DNA of 64,000 bases from an uncultured delta proteobacterium (lineage in GTDB: Bacteria > Desulfobacterota > Syntrophobacteria > BM002): contig CAVQGX010000012.1 in the NCBI GenBank assembly GCA_963712115.1, positions 10,839 to 74,838 of the forward strand, read 5' to 3'. The position numbers and the translations under genes are program-made. The notes beneath the pieces were generated by a model, which saw only the letters and a program-made list of their open reading frames with translations, was not told the DNA's origin and searched no databases. How positions within the stretch are numbered: the first letter of the stretch is position 1; each line of letters opens with the position of its first letter. Below are positions 54,573 through 64,000 of the stretch, one piece after another.

Positions 54573-54588
54573 TGGTACAGACATTGCA
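54573..54588 (+). promoter_or_regulatory. sigma54 promoter
   Basis: TGGTACAGACATTGCA upstream of the OMP/protease pair. Confidence 0.6.
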
Positions 54589-54661
54589 TCTCCTAAGAAT
54601 CATTCCCGCAGCCCTTTGGCACTGATTACTTTAACAAAACTTATTCTGGAGAAACCGAAGG

Positions 54662-55585
54662 ATGTTCGAGAGGTTGCAAACCATCAAAGTCGTTGCAATG
54701 GCAGTCTTTTTGCTCCTCAGCCTGTTAACCAGGCCAGCTCTGGCCGTGCCGGTGACTGTTCACGGCGGTAAGGTGGTCCAACTAAATAAGCGGCAGGTCG
54801 AGCTGTTGAAACGACAGCCCACTATTTATTACCTCAAAACTGCTCCAGAGAAATTATTTAAACACTATTTTCTTGTTGAGTTGCCGGATGAGCTCGGGGG
54901 GGGATTCTTCCTTGCCAAACCTGCGGATATGGCGGCAGCGCTGGAGGAAGTTGGTGCTATTGAGAAGACAGAGGCGGCAAGAATGGCAGCTACTGCTCCC
55001 AGCAAAGAAACCTGGTTCGCGGACCTCTACTTGGGTGGAGTTGTGCCGGAGGACGGCAATGTTAATGGGGAAGCATCCCCATTCGGTGTAAGCATCAATG
55101 ACTCTGCCAAGGCCGATTACGACAACACCTATGTTGTTGGCGGCAGGGCGGGATTCTGGTCCCCGTCCACCCGCTGGCTGGGACTTGCTCTGGATGTTTC
55201 GTATTTCGAATTGGATGCAGAGGGGACAGAGACAAAAGTCTTGCCAGTATCGGCACTTGTAATGTTGCGCTACCCCGGGGATAGGCTGCAGCCTTATATC
55301 GGCATCGGCGCTGGCGTTTTTTTCACCGACACCGAGGTTGATATCCAGTTGAGTGGCGAGAACAAGAATTTTTCTGACACTGCAGTCGATTTCGGACTGG
55401 ATACCCGTGCCGGTCTGGCATGGAGGCTATTTAGACGTTTCGCCATATTCGGCGAGTATCGCTTCACTTACTATGAAGCTGACTACAGTGACAAAATTGA
55501 AAGCGGTGGTACGGAAACTAATGTGGATATAGAGATCAAGAACAAGGTTCATTATTTTCTCCTCGGGTTTTCTTACAGGTTTTAG
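54662..55585 (+). CDS. OmpA/OmpW-like outer-membrane beta-barrel with N-terminal extra domain
   Basis: Signal peptide; 'LQPYIGIGAG', 'IFGEYRF', C-terminal 'GFSYRF'. Confidence 0.8.
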   Translation: MFERLQTIKVVAMAVFLLLSLLTRPALAVPVTVHGGKVVQLNKRQVELLKRQPTIYYLKTAPEKLFKHYFLVELPDELGGGFFLAKPADMAAALEEVGAIEKTEAARMAATAPSKETWFADLYLGGVVPEDGNVNGEASPFGVSINDSAKADYDNTYVVGGRAGFWSPSTRWLGLALDVSYFELDAEGTETKVLPVSALVMLRYPGDRLQPYIGIGAGVFFTDTEVDIQLSGENKNFSDTAVDFGLDTRAGLAWRLFRRFAIFGEYRFTYYEADYSDKIESGGTETNVDIEIKNKVHYFLLGFSYRF

Positions 55586-55624
55586 AGCAACCGCGCTCAC
55601 GCTGGAGAGGCAAGCGAGGGTTTA

Positions 55625-57413
55625 ATGTTCAAAGTCCGCTTTGCGATAACAAAGCTACTCACTTTACTAATACCGGTTTTTGTCCTGGTGACAGTGACGG
55701 CGGCCACAGCTGGACAAAATAGAGAAAAGGGTAGAGTCTACAGATGGGGTGAAGAGAAATACCTCCGTAGCATTTTCAGTTCCAGCAAGGTCAGTCCCCT
55801 CGTTAGAGCGGTGAAGGAGAACATGGAAGCTCGGGGCATTACAGCAAAAAGTGCGAGAGCCTTTGGTGCTTCCGCCCTGTCGAACCCCCTGGTTAAGGTT
55901 GATGAGGATGGGAATGTTCATACCTACATTCGTGTCCTCACTTTTGGCAGTGCAGAAAGAGCTCAGCTCGAGGCCTACAACGCCGACATAGAGATAGTCA
56001 ATGAGGAACATGGCATTATTCAGTCCTGGATCCCCTTTGACATGGTCGACGAAGTGGCCCAGCTTCCCTTTGTCAAGCTGATCACCACTCCCGGCTACAG
56101 AGTCACCCGAATTGGCAGCGTAACCACGGAGGGCGACGTTGTTCTGAAGGCGGATCAGGTGAGGGGTCTTGGGTACGACGGCACCGGGGTGAGAGTGGGT
56201 GTTATTTCCGATGGGGTGGACAGCATGGCTGCTGCCCAGGGGTCAGGTGATCTTCCGCCAACTGTTATCATCCAGACTCATGCCGGCAGCGGTGACGAAG
56301 GCACCGCCATGTTGGAAATCGTTCACGATCTGGCGCCCGGGGCCGAGCTGGGATTTTGTGGACCCTCAACCAGCTTGGAAATGGTCACATGTGTGAATGA
56401 TCTGGCCAATATATATGGCGCGGACATCATCGTGGACGATCTCGGTTTTTTTGATCAAGCATTTTTTGAGGACGATTTTATAGCCCAGGCAGTGGCTAAT
56501 GTTGTGTCAAACGGTGTGTTCTACACTTCAGCGGCGGGAAACTCCGCCGAGACCCACTATCAGGGAGACTATGTTGACAGTGGGGACGGCCTTGGCAGCC
56601 ATCTGATAAGTGGCGTCGACAATGTGTTCAATGTCAACAGCCTCGGTAATGTCCGCATTTTCTTGCAGTGGTCCAATAGATTCGACGGAACTGCCAGTGA
56701 CGACTACGATCTCTGTCTACAGGGGGAAGACGCCGTGACCTGTAAGGCTTCGAATCTCACTCAAGATGGAGCGGGGGGTGATGATTGGCCCTGGGAGTGG
56801 AGATTTGAAGATTGCACTGGTGGTTGCAGCTTCCAAGTGCGTCTAGTAAGCGGAAACCCTCAGACACTAGAATTTTATGTCTTGGATATTGCAGCCCTGG
56901 ACGCTGCCGACCGAGTTGGCGCGGACTCCATCTTTGGCCATCCTGCGGTTGCCGGTGCAATTGCTGCCGCTGCTGTGGACCAGGCTACGCCAAACACTAT
57001 TGAATCTTTTAGCTCACGTGGACCTGTAACCATTCTATTTCCTGCCACAGAAATCCGCCAGAAGCCTGACCTGACTGCAACTGATGGTGTAACAGTCACC
57101 GGGGCAGGCGGGTTTCCGAGCCCCTTTTATGGCACTTCGGCTTCAGCCCCCCATATTGCCGGGGTTGCAGCCCTGTTGATGAGCGGAGGAAGAACGGCAG
57201 CGGCTGTAACAACTGCCTTGAGGCAGACCGCCGTGGGTCTCGGAGCTGCCACCACCTACGGTGCACGGGCGAATCGACGCCCTTGCGGCATACGGTTTCT
57301 TGCAGGGGGCACTCCAGTTCGAACTCCGCGTGGATGATGATGGCGGCGGTGGGAGCGACAATTTCTGTTTTATCTCCACAGCAGCCCATGGCTATCTAGC
57401 TGGCAGCTGGTAG
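55625..57413 (+). pseudogene. Secreted S8/S53-like protease with a 1-nt frameshift before a CFI-type C-terminal sorting motif
   Basis: 'VGVISDG', 'DEGTAM', 'SAAGN', 'GTSASAPH'. Removing one base at about 57263 gives 'YGHGRIDA...GGGGSDNFCFISTAAHG...*'. Confidence 0.8.
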
Positions 57414-57578
57414 ACCTTAGACTCCGCTCAGGACAAGCTTTCAGCCCTCAGAGATCAACTCGATTAAGTTCAAAGTTCCATGTTCAAGGTTCAAAGTTTA
57501 TTGACTAATTTAAGGACCATTTTAAACTTTAAACTTTGAACTTGACGCTATGCGCTTGGCGCCATGCGCTATGCGTTT
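57397..57578. repeat. Mosaic: REP-like unit, inverted (agttcaa)n/(ttgaact)n array, gcgctat module
   Basis: REP-like at 57415-57440; inverted array at about 57466-57543. Confidence 0.85.
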
Positions 57579-57705
57579 TTTAGGTCATTGGGTCCTTGCA
57601 AACCTAAGTATCCCACCTTATCATAGAGTCGTTGATCATTTTTGACCGGATTTGCCAAGTTGTGCTAAATTTGGAGAAAAAATTGGCAGGAGGAAGGAGT
57701 TTGCC

Positions 57706-58203
57706 ATGAGGACTTATGGTAAGAGCCTGGCAATCGGCATGGCCATGATTTTGATATTGTGTGTTTTAAGCCCAGGGGTTAGTTATGGCCAAGAAAAAAG
57801 CGGCATAGAGGGTTGGGAAATAGACAGCGCCTACAACAAGCATTACAACCTTGATGAGTGGGACAGTTTTAAGGGAAATGCAGTGGGTTTTCAAAAGATC
57901 ACTCCTCTTCCAGGGATGTCTCCGGGAGTAGCACTACTTGTCAAGGATCTAGAAAGCGATGAGGTTGTCACGGTTCACCTCGGCCCCAGCTCATTTGTCA
58001 ACCCCAACAGGATCTCGATCAGGAAGGGGGATAAGGTGAATGTCAAGGGAGTATGGGCGGAGATCAATGGCCAAGAGGTATTTATGGCTTCCAAAGTTAA
58101 AAAGGGCGACGATTATGAATACAAAGTGCGGTTGACAAAAGACGGAACCCCCTACTGGACCATGAGTGCGAAGGAGTTGGCCAAGGAGACAAAAGGCAAC
58201 TAA
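57706..58203 (+). CDS. Exported OB-fold protein
   Basis: Signal peptide; 'VHLGP..F.......KGDKV.VKG', 'VRL..DG.P.W'. Confidence 0.7.
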   Translation: MRTYGKSLAIGMAMILILCVLSPGVSYGQEKSGIEGWEIDSAYNKHYNLDEWDSFKGNAVGFQKITPLPGMSPGVALLVKDLESDEVVTVHLGPSSFVNPNRISIRKGDKVNVKGVWAEINGQEVFMASKVKKGDDYEYKVRLTKDGTPYWTMSAKELAKETKGN

Positions 58204-58225
58204 CTGACAAAATTTGGGATTAACC

Positions 58226-58263
58226 AAGGCAGAGTTTGAAATGACTCTGCCTTTTTGTTTTTT
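58226..58263 (+). terminator. Intrinsic terminator
   Basis: aaggcagagt-ttgaaatg-actctgcctt followed by a T-tract. Confidence 0.8.
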
Positions 58264-58400
58264 GAGAGCCAACCAAGCCAGTAATGCCTCTTGTACATCA
58301 GAACCAACACTGAGAGTAATAATACAGGTGGGTGTAATACTCCTTTCATAGGTAGCTAAGTGGTTGAAAACCATTGACTATGATCAAAGCAAAGTGTGTT

Positions 58401-58416
58401 TGGCATTGCTTTTGCT
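58401..58416 (+). promoter_or_regulatory. sigma54 promoter
   Basis: TGGCATTGCTTTTGCT upstream of ORF 58550. Confidence 0.65.
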
Positions 58417-58549
58417 TAATCTGTTTTGAATGGAAAAGTCCAACAGAGGATTATTGTCGATCGCACCGAGCGGCGGTCCCCTGGAAGGGTCTCAACAGGT
58501 GTTAGCCATGGGCTAACCTGGCGGCCCTATTGAGTCTGGAACGATAAAG

Positions 58550-59518
58550 ATGGCGAAAACTGCCTCGAGTAAAGACCTTAAGGTCAGCAAACCACAGAAG
58601 GTGGCTACAAAGAAGCTCGACTTTCTGCTGGATACCATTGATACCGAGGTAGCTAACCTGGCGGATGTTGTAAATGTAGAGGGGCCCATTTTAGATGATA
58701 AGACATCCAAGGGGGATGGAGGGGCAGTTAGCCTCAGCGACGGGGGCGTAGGGCTGGACAGCCTCGAGCTGGATATGGATTTTTTTAAAGAGCCAGAGAA
58801 GCCTCCAGCAGAGGAAGAATCTGTGGGCAACGGGGCTCAAGCTGCACTCGACGCCATGAGTGACGCCGAAGGCGAAGTCGAAGCCATCTTGTCAATGGAG
58901 GACATTTCTGGCGAACCTGTTGTTGATTCTGGGACTGAGATTGACAACAACAAGGTGGATCCGGACTTGGCCAAAGCACTGAACGAACTCCTTGCCACCC
59001 GTGAAGTGGATGCATCCAAACTTCTCGAGAAGACGAAAGAACAAAAGGTCGAGCAAAGTAAAAAACCTGAGCCTCAGAAGGTTCAGACTGTCGAAGATCA
59101 GCTGCCGGAGGATCTCTTCGATGATTTGGACAAGGACCTTGAACTCGTATTAGAAGACGCCGCAACCGAAAACCAGGCAGTTTCAGAAAGCGAACTCGAA
59201 GAGGATCTTTTGGGCGATCTGGAGATGGATTTTGCAGCGGAAAAGGCCGATGAGTCGGCTACAAAAGAGGCGGCTATCGAGGCGGGAATTTCGAAAGACC
59301 TGTTTGAGACGACCGAGCAGAAGATGGCTGTGGAGGAAAAAGGCGAGAGTGGCGCTGAGGGTGTCATCTCAACTTCGAGCTCCGACGAAGAACTGGCCAA
59401 TTTGCTGAGCAAGAAGATTGAAGTACTGGTAAACCGACTGGTGGAAGAGCGGTTAGCTGAAATCGCCGAACGGGTAATCATGGAGAAGATCAATAAGATC
59501 TTCAAGTCGATGAAATAG
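58550..59518 (+). CDS. Acidic, largely disordered protein with C-terminal amphipathic helices
   Basis: Very D/E-rich; C-terminal 'IEVLVNRLVEERLAEIAERVIMEKI'. Confidence 0.75.
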   Translation: MAKTASSKDLKVSKPQKVATKKLDFLLDTIDTEVANLADVVNVEGPILDDKTSKGDGGAVSLSDGGVGLDSLELDMDFFKEPEKPPAEEESVGNGAQAALDAMSDAEGEVEAILSMEDISGEPVVDSGTEIDNNKVDPDLAKALNELLATREVDASKLLEKTKEQKVEQSKKPEPQKVQTVEDQLPEDLFDDLDKDLELVLEDAATENQAVSESELEEDLLGDLEMDFAAEKADESATKEAAIEAGISKDLFETTEQKMAVEEKGESGAEGVISTSSSDEELANLLSKKIEVLVNRLVEERLAEIAERVIMEKINKIFKSMK

Positions 59519-59673
59519 ATTTTTCTCCAGATCAATCCCTCTCTGAAAAGCAATTAATCCATTTTGACCGATCTCACTATTTTGTGCTAGCCTGCATTAT
59601 TCATGAAACCCGAGGATTCATGAATAAGCCACTGTAAACAATTTCAACCATTACAGACGAGGAGTTCAGCACG

Positions 59674-60270
59674 ATGGAGCCAGCCAGGCGTTTTGGAGTG
59701 GTCCCAAAGATCACTTTATTCTGTTTTGTTTTCGGTTTGCTTGTCTCCTGCGTTACCACCCCGGATGATGAGCCGATTCCAAACATACAGTCGGCGCCTG
59801 GGACTAAAACAACGATAGTCCTACTGCGACACGGCGGAAGGGACCCAAACGTCGAGGGAACAGATCCGCCGCTGACATGGCGAGGCAGAAAGCGGGCGGC
59901 TGAGCTGCCGGCAGCTATCGGCAACATCGGGGTGACAGTTATCTATTGTCCGAACCTGCAGAGAAACATACAAACTGCTCAACCGCTGGCAGACCAACTA
60001 GGTCTGAAGATAAATACCATTTCCAATCGACGCTTGTTCAACCCCAAGAAACTGGCGAGAGAGCTGCTGGATGAGTTCATTAACAAACACGCCGATGGTG
60101 TGGTGGTCTGGATTGGCAATCTGAGGAACCTGGAGGAGTTCTACAAGCTGGTTGACGGAACGGGCGATCCGCCGACAAAGTACGGTCTTATCTGTATTGT
60201 AACCATACCGGATATTGGATCGCCCCGGATCAAGAAGATCACTTACGGCCCAGATATGGGCCTGTATTAA
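59674..60270 (+). CDS. Histidine-phosphatase-superfamily lipoprotein
   Basis: Lipobox 'LVSC'; 'LLRHG', 'PLT..G..RA', 'R.IQTA.P'; second His position reads 'IGN'. Confidence 0.8.
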   Translation: MEPARRFGVVPKITLFCFVFGLLVSCVTTPDDEPIPNIQSAPGTKTTIVLLRHGGRDPNVEGTDPPLTWRGRKRAAELPAAIGNIGVTVIYCPNLQRNIQTAQPLADQLGLKINTISNRRLFNPKKLARELLDEFINKHADGVVVWIGNLRNLEEFYKLVDGTGDPPTKYGLICIVTIPDIGSPRIKKITYGPDMGLY

Positions 60271-60322
60271 GACTGAGGGTTCGCCTTTTCAGAAAGCTTT
60301 GATCTCCGTATCCTTTGTCTTC

Positions 60323-61675
60323 TTATGAGTGCTGTGACCCGAGATCGGGTGAGGATTTTGGCAGAAGTAGGACCAAGGCTGCCAGGCCGATTATGGCGCT
60401 TAGAAAAGAGCCCACAATGATTCCGACCTTGGCTGCGTCCAATAGGTTGCCTTGGAGAGCGAGACTGGCAATAAAAATCGCCATGGTAAATCCGATCCCA
60501 GCCAAGAAACCGCCTCCCGCAATTACTCCCCAGCTGACCCCCTTGGGTAGCCTGGCAAAACCCAATCTCACCGCCAGCCAGCTGAAGATAGTAATCCCAG
60601 CTGGTTTTCCGATCAAGAGCCCCAATAGAACTGCTGTCGCCACAGGATTGGTGAAGTCTGACAACTGCACCTTAACACCAGCATTGGCAAGGGCAAAGAG
60701 CGGCATGATGAGGAAGCCGACCCAGGGATGGAGTTCGGTTTCGAATCGTTCCAGAGGAGAAATACTTTTTCTCGCGGCGACTTCCATTTCCCGCATTTTG
60801 TCATAACGGTCCGACGAACCACTCCAACCCTCGCCGAGGAGGAAATTACATGTATTGTTTGCGATCATTCCCAAGCGTCCCTCACTTATCCAGGCCCGAG
60901 TCGGTGTGAGAAGTCCAAATATGACTCCGGCAATGGTCGCATGGATACCGGACTCATGAAAGGCGAACCAAACTAAAACCATAAATAATAGGTAGACAGC
61001 CAGATTGCGTACCCCTACCTCCATCAGTCCAATTACTATTCCTATACCAACAACTCCAAGAACCAAGGCCGTCAGATTGAGGCTATCCGTGTAGCCGATG
61101 GCAATAACCACAATGGCTCCGATGTCGTCGGCTATGGCCAGCGAGAGCAGCATAATCCGGAGACTGCCGGGGATCCGTGACCCCAAAACCGTGAGACAAC
61201 CTACCACGAAAGCGATATCCGTTGCCATGGGAATACCCCAGCCTCTCTCGCCGGGAGCTCCATGGAGGAGCGAGAAATAGATACAGGCTGGAACTACCAT
61301 CCCCCCAATGGCTGCGGCGATAGGGAGTGCCGCCTGTCTCAGGTCCTGGAGTTCGCCCATGACCAGCTCACGTTTAACCTCCAGTCCAATGACGAAAAAA
61401 AAGACCGCCATCAAACCGTCGTTTATCCAATGTTGCAGTGAGTGAAACATCTGGAAGGAGCCAATCCTGAAACCAACTGGTGCTTTCCAAAAGGCAAGGA
61501 AGCTTTCTGACAGGGGAGAATTGGCAAGAACCAGGGCCGTGAAGGTAGCCACTATTAGCACGATCCCGCTGGAGGCCTCAATGTGCATGAAACGTTTGAG
61601 TGGATCAACTATGTCGTCAATTGGTTCTCGGGGAAAACCAGATAAGTCCGTTGATGGTTTTATGGTCTCACCCAT
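60323..61675 (-). CDS. nhaA: Na+/H+ antiporter NhaA
   Basis: 'WINDGLMAVFFF..GLEVKRE', 'GWGIPMATDIAF', 'LAIADD', 'GIGFTM'. Confidence 0.96.
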   Translation of the reverse strand: MGETIKPSTDLSGFPREPIDDIVDPLKRFMHIEASSGIVLIVATFTALVLANSPLSESFLAFWKAPVGFRIGSFQMFHSLQHWINDGLMAVFFFVIGLEVKRELVMGELQDLRQAALPIAAAIGGMVVPACIYFSLLHGAPGERGWGIPMATDIAFVVGCLTVLGSRIPGSLRIMLLSLAIADDIGAIVVIAIGYTDSLNLTALVLGVVGIGIVIGLMEVGVRNLAVYLLFMVLVWFAFHESGIHATIAGVIFGLLTPTRAWISEGRLGMIANNTCNFLLGEGWSGSSDRYDKMREMEVAARKSISPLERFETELHPWVGFLIMPLFALANAGVKVQLSDFTNPVATAVLLGLLIGKPAGITIFSWLAVRLGFARLPKGVSWGVIAGGGFLAGIGFTMAIFIASLALQGNLLDAAKVGIIVGSFLSAIIGLAALVLLLPKSSPDLGSQHS

Positions 61676-61740
61676 AACCTCTCCCTCTCCCTAACCAACA
61701 TTTACAATCTTTAATTCATTAACCAACACGAACCGATTGG

Positions 61741-62682
61741 TTAAAGCACTATCCAGACAGCCATACCGGTGGAGGTCTGCAAGACTTTGCTGGAGACACT
61801 GCCCATGAAGAATTCTTGCACCCCGGAGATACCTCTCCGTCCCATCACGATGGTACCGTATTCGTTATTCCGGGCTTCCTCCAATATATCGCTGGCCGCG
61901 CTTCTGCTTCCATCTACAACCTTTTTGCTGATTTGTGACTCACTGACTCCTGCTTTTACAAGCATTTCCTTGGCTTTTGTCATAAACGGTTCTATTTCCT
62001 GGCCGGCCTTTGTCTTCCAGAGTTCCTCCAGTTCTGGGGCCTCATCCAACACCTCTTGAGGAACAAAGCGTCTCAAGTGCCTCATGGAGTGAAAAATCGT
62101 TACCGGGCAGTCGGTTCCGGAAAGCATAAATCCAGTATGGTCCACTGCCCTGAGGGCATTTTCTGAATTGTCAATAGCGATTAGTACCCGATTCGATTTC
62201 ACCTGACCCTGCACTATCCAAACCGGACACACCCGGCAGTACTCCAAGAGTTTGCTCGAGACCTCGCCCATGAAAAAGGCCTCCAGCCGACTTCGGCCAC
62301 GACTGGAAATGAGCACGGCATCCGCTCGTTTGCTTTCCACCCACTTGCAAATATCCTGGGCAATACCTGACTCCTTCTTTTTATAGACAGTCTGCAGCCG
62401 CTCCGAATCGAAACCTTTGTGAATCAGATGATTCTTAGCCTGGGTGAGGATTTTTTCGGCCAGACGAATGCTCTTATTTTCAATGGTTTTTAACTTGGTC
62501 GCAGTCTCACGGTCCATGGAACGATTGTCTGCCAGAACGGGAGGGAGGCTCGGAAGCACATATTTGAGAGTCACTTCCAGATTGTGGTCTTTACCATACA
62601 TTAGATGAAGGTAGTCCAGAGATCGCAGAGCATTTTCAGAACCATCCACAGGCAGAACGACCATTTTGCTTAACTCAGTCAT
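61741..62682 (-). CDS. Tandem universal stress protein
   Basis: Two USP domains: 'VDGSENALR...SRG......MGEVS' and 'IDNSENALRA...MGRRG......MGSVS'. Confidence 0.92.
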   Translation of the reverse strand: MTELSKMVVLPVDGSENALRSLDYLHLMYGKDHNLEVTLKYVLPSLPPVLADNRSMDRETATKLKTIENKSIRLAEKILTQAKNHLIHKGFDSERLQTVYKKKESGIAQDICKWVESKRADAVLISSRGRSRLEAFFMGEVSSKLLEYCRVCPVWIVQGQVKSNRVLIAIDNSENALRAVDHTGFMLSGTDCPVTIFHSMRHLRRFVPQEVLDEAPELEELWKTKAGQEIEPFMTKAKEMLVKAGVSESQISKKVVDGSRSAASDILEEARNNEYGTIVMGRRGISGVQEFFMGSVSSKVLQTSTGMAVWIVL

Positions 62683-62977
62683 GTTGTCTCCTTCGTTGAA
62701 ATGGATGAGGGCTTCATCCATTGGCCTGATCTAAATCCTCCTGGCCAGCTAATATACAGTACAAACCGAGATCATAGTAGACGGACGTCACTCAAGGTTG
62801 ATGGTAAAAACTTAACCCCCATGGTGGTCTAGATACGAGAACTCCCTGGAGGAACATGAGTGAAAACTTTCAACCATGGTAGGAAGAACTCAATTCAGCC
62901 AAGTTCGCAGGGAAGAGTTTCTTTCCTACTTACACGGATCCATATGCCCGTCTGAGGGGATTTGTGAACGATAAGGT

Positions 62978-63412
62978 CTAAAGGGGAGTGCAGGCGCCGA
63001 AAACAACAAATCCCACCTGGTCGCCGGAGGCGGTCAGAACCGTCTTGCCTGTCTCTTGCGCGATGGCCATGGTCCAACCCACGCCGTCTCTAACGCCCTC
63101 CACACCGTCCTCAGCTCCTTGGAGGATCAGCTTGCCATCAATCAGTTCCATGTTTTCTATAGTGGTAGACTTCTTCTCTTGACTCACTCCCACGGGAAAG
63201 ATCTTTTTCTTCTTGAAGTCAATCTTGAAAAATTGTGAGAGCGCAATGCTCTCCGGGCTTACCCTGCTACATTCGCCATTAGCCCCGCACTCGATAACAT
63301 CGATCGCCGCAAAGAGCAACGGCTTGGAACCATCAAAATCACCCGCAATCACTGGAAAGGGTAACACCAAAATGCACAAAAGGGCCAAACCAATCAGTCT
63401 CAGCCTGCTCAT
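62978..63412 (-). CDS. Exported hypothetical protein
   Basis: Signal peptide; 'DFDGSKPL', C-terminal 'FGACTPL'. Confidence 0.75.
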   Translation of the reverse strand: MSRLRLIGLALLCILVLPFPVIAGDFDGSKPLLFAAIDVIECGANGECSRVSPESIALSQFFKIDFKKKKIFPVGVSQEKKSTTIENMELIDGKLILQGAEDGVEGVRDGVGWTMAIAQETGKTVLTASGDQVGFVVFGACTPL

Positions 63413-63428
63413 AGCTCCCTCCAACTTG

Positions 63429-63938
63429 TCATTTCACCGTGTAGCCTTTACCTTCGAGGCAAGCAGTGTAAGCGCGATTGTAGGCGTTACGCTTCTGGGC
63501 ATATGCGGCCACCTGCTCCTGCTCCCAACGCTTCCGCGCCTGCTCGTCTTGTTTTTGCTGTGAGGAACTTCGCATGCCGCCGATGGCACCGCCAGATACA
63601 GCTCCGATGGCTGCCCCCTTTTTAGCACCCTTCTTGCCCCCGGCGATGGCGCCCACACCAGTTCCCAGCAGTCCGCCGCCCACGCCGCCTTTAACTACGC
63701 CACCTGCCGTACTGCTCGTAGCTTTTTGGGGTGGTGGCGCGCTCGTTGCCGTGGGCATCTCCATGGGATCGAATCCGGTCTGCCCTTTAGCCCACGAGTA
63801 ACACTCGAATTTGTCCTTTTCCATTTGCTCCTGACTTTGGCCCTTGGCCGGATAGACAATAAATTCCTGCGCCAGGGCGGGCCCTGCGACCAGGGCCAAG
63901 AAAGAGAGGGGAACAACCAAATAAATTAATCGCTTCAT
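63429..63938 (-). CDS. Exported glycine-zipper protein
   Basis: Signal ending 'ALAQ'; 'YPAKGQS.EQ..KD..EC..WA'; Gly zipper; 'ACLEGKGYTVK'. Confidence 0.85.
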   Translation of the reverse strand: MKRLIYLVVPLSFLALVAGPALAQEFIVYPAKGQSQEQMEKDKFECYSWAKGQTGFDPMEMPTATSAPPPQKATSSTAGGVVKGGVGGGLLGTGVGAIAGGKKGAKKGAAIGAVSGGAIGGMRSSSQQKQDEQARKRWEQEQVAAYAQKRNAYNRAYTACLEGKGYTVK

Positions 63939-64000
63939 AAAAAATCTCCTGTCGAGTCTCTTTCTTTGTTTCGAGAATTTTTCTCTCAAGAGCTTTGAGG

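Noticed and set aside
16078-57578. Integron cassette array explanation for single genes separated by repeats
   Set aside because: No integron integrase, no RYYYAAC/GTTRRRY-bounded attC structures recognised, genes lie in both orientations and include housekeeping genes.
57642-57672. Fourth copy of the TGAC-N7-GTCA promoter (ttgaccggatttgccaa)
   Set aside because: Right half is GCCA, and TTGACC-N18-TAAATT fits an ordinary sigma70 promoter; the N10 spacing is absent. Same reasoning for the site near 16372.
57706-58203. Magnetosome (MamS/MamX-like) gene
   Set aside because: Only a generic exported OB-fold resemblance; no other mam genes in the window.
59597-59627. Short inverted repeat ttattcatgaa...ttcatgaataa as a MITE remnant
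   Set aside because: Shares only the ttcatgaa core with the TIR; it could equally be an operator and is too short to assign.

Overview
Bacterial chromosomal DNA; gene content (sigma54 promoters, PilZ proteins, FlhG/J-domain pair, Spy/ECF operon) suggests a deltaproteobacterium/Desulfobacterota (inference). It holds about 60 genes or gene remnants, including typA, tex, lepA, glgB, nhaA and pldA. I recognised no rRNA, tRNA, CRISPR array or intact transposase. The best candidate for an undescribed system is 1-9366: a FadL-type outer-membrane channel, a TPR/Ig/CsgG-like lipoprotein, an ECF sigma, a soluble zinc anti-sigma, a membrane protein fusing a class III cyclase with guanylate-cyclase-type residues to an intact CHAT (caspase-like) protease and periplasmic TPR/CsgG-like domains, and a GAF protein with the cyclic-nucleotide NKFDE motif. 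Other signals: (i) about 20 intergenic mosaics of 7-9-nt repeat modules between 16 and 57.6 kb that recur in conserved order and supply stop codons; (ii) a 184-bp TA-flanked MITE with compensatory base changes; (iii) three copies of a TGAC-N7-GTCA / TGTCA(A/C)-N10-TAnnnT promoter resembling WYL-activator sites; (iv) six strong sigma54 promoters; (v) five disrupted reading frames that the ORF track misses or truncates. All assignments come from motif reading by eye; no searches were run.
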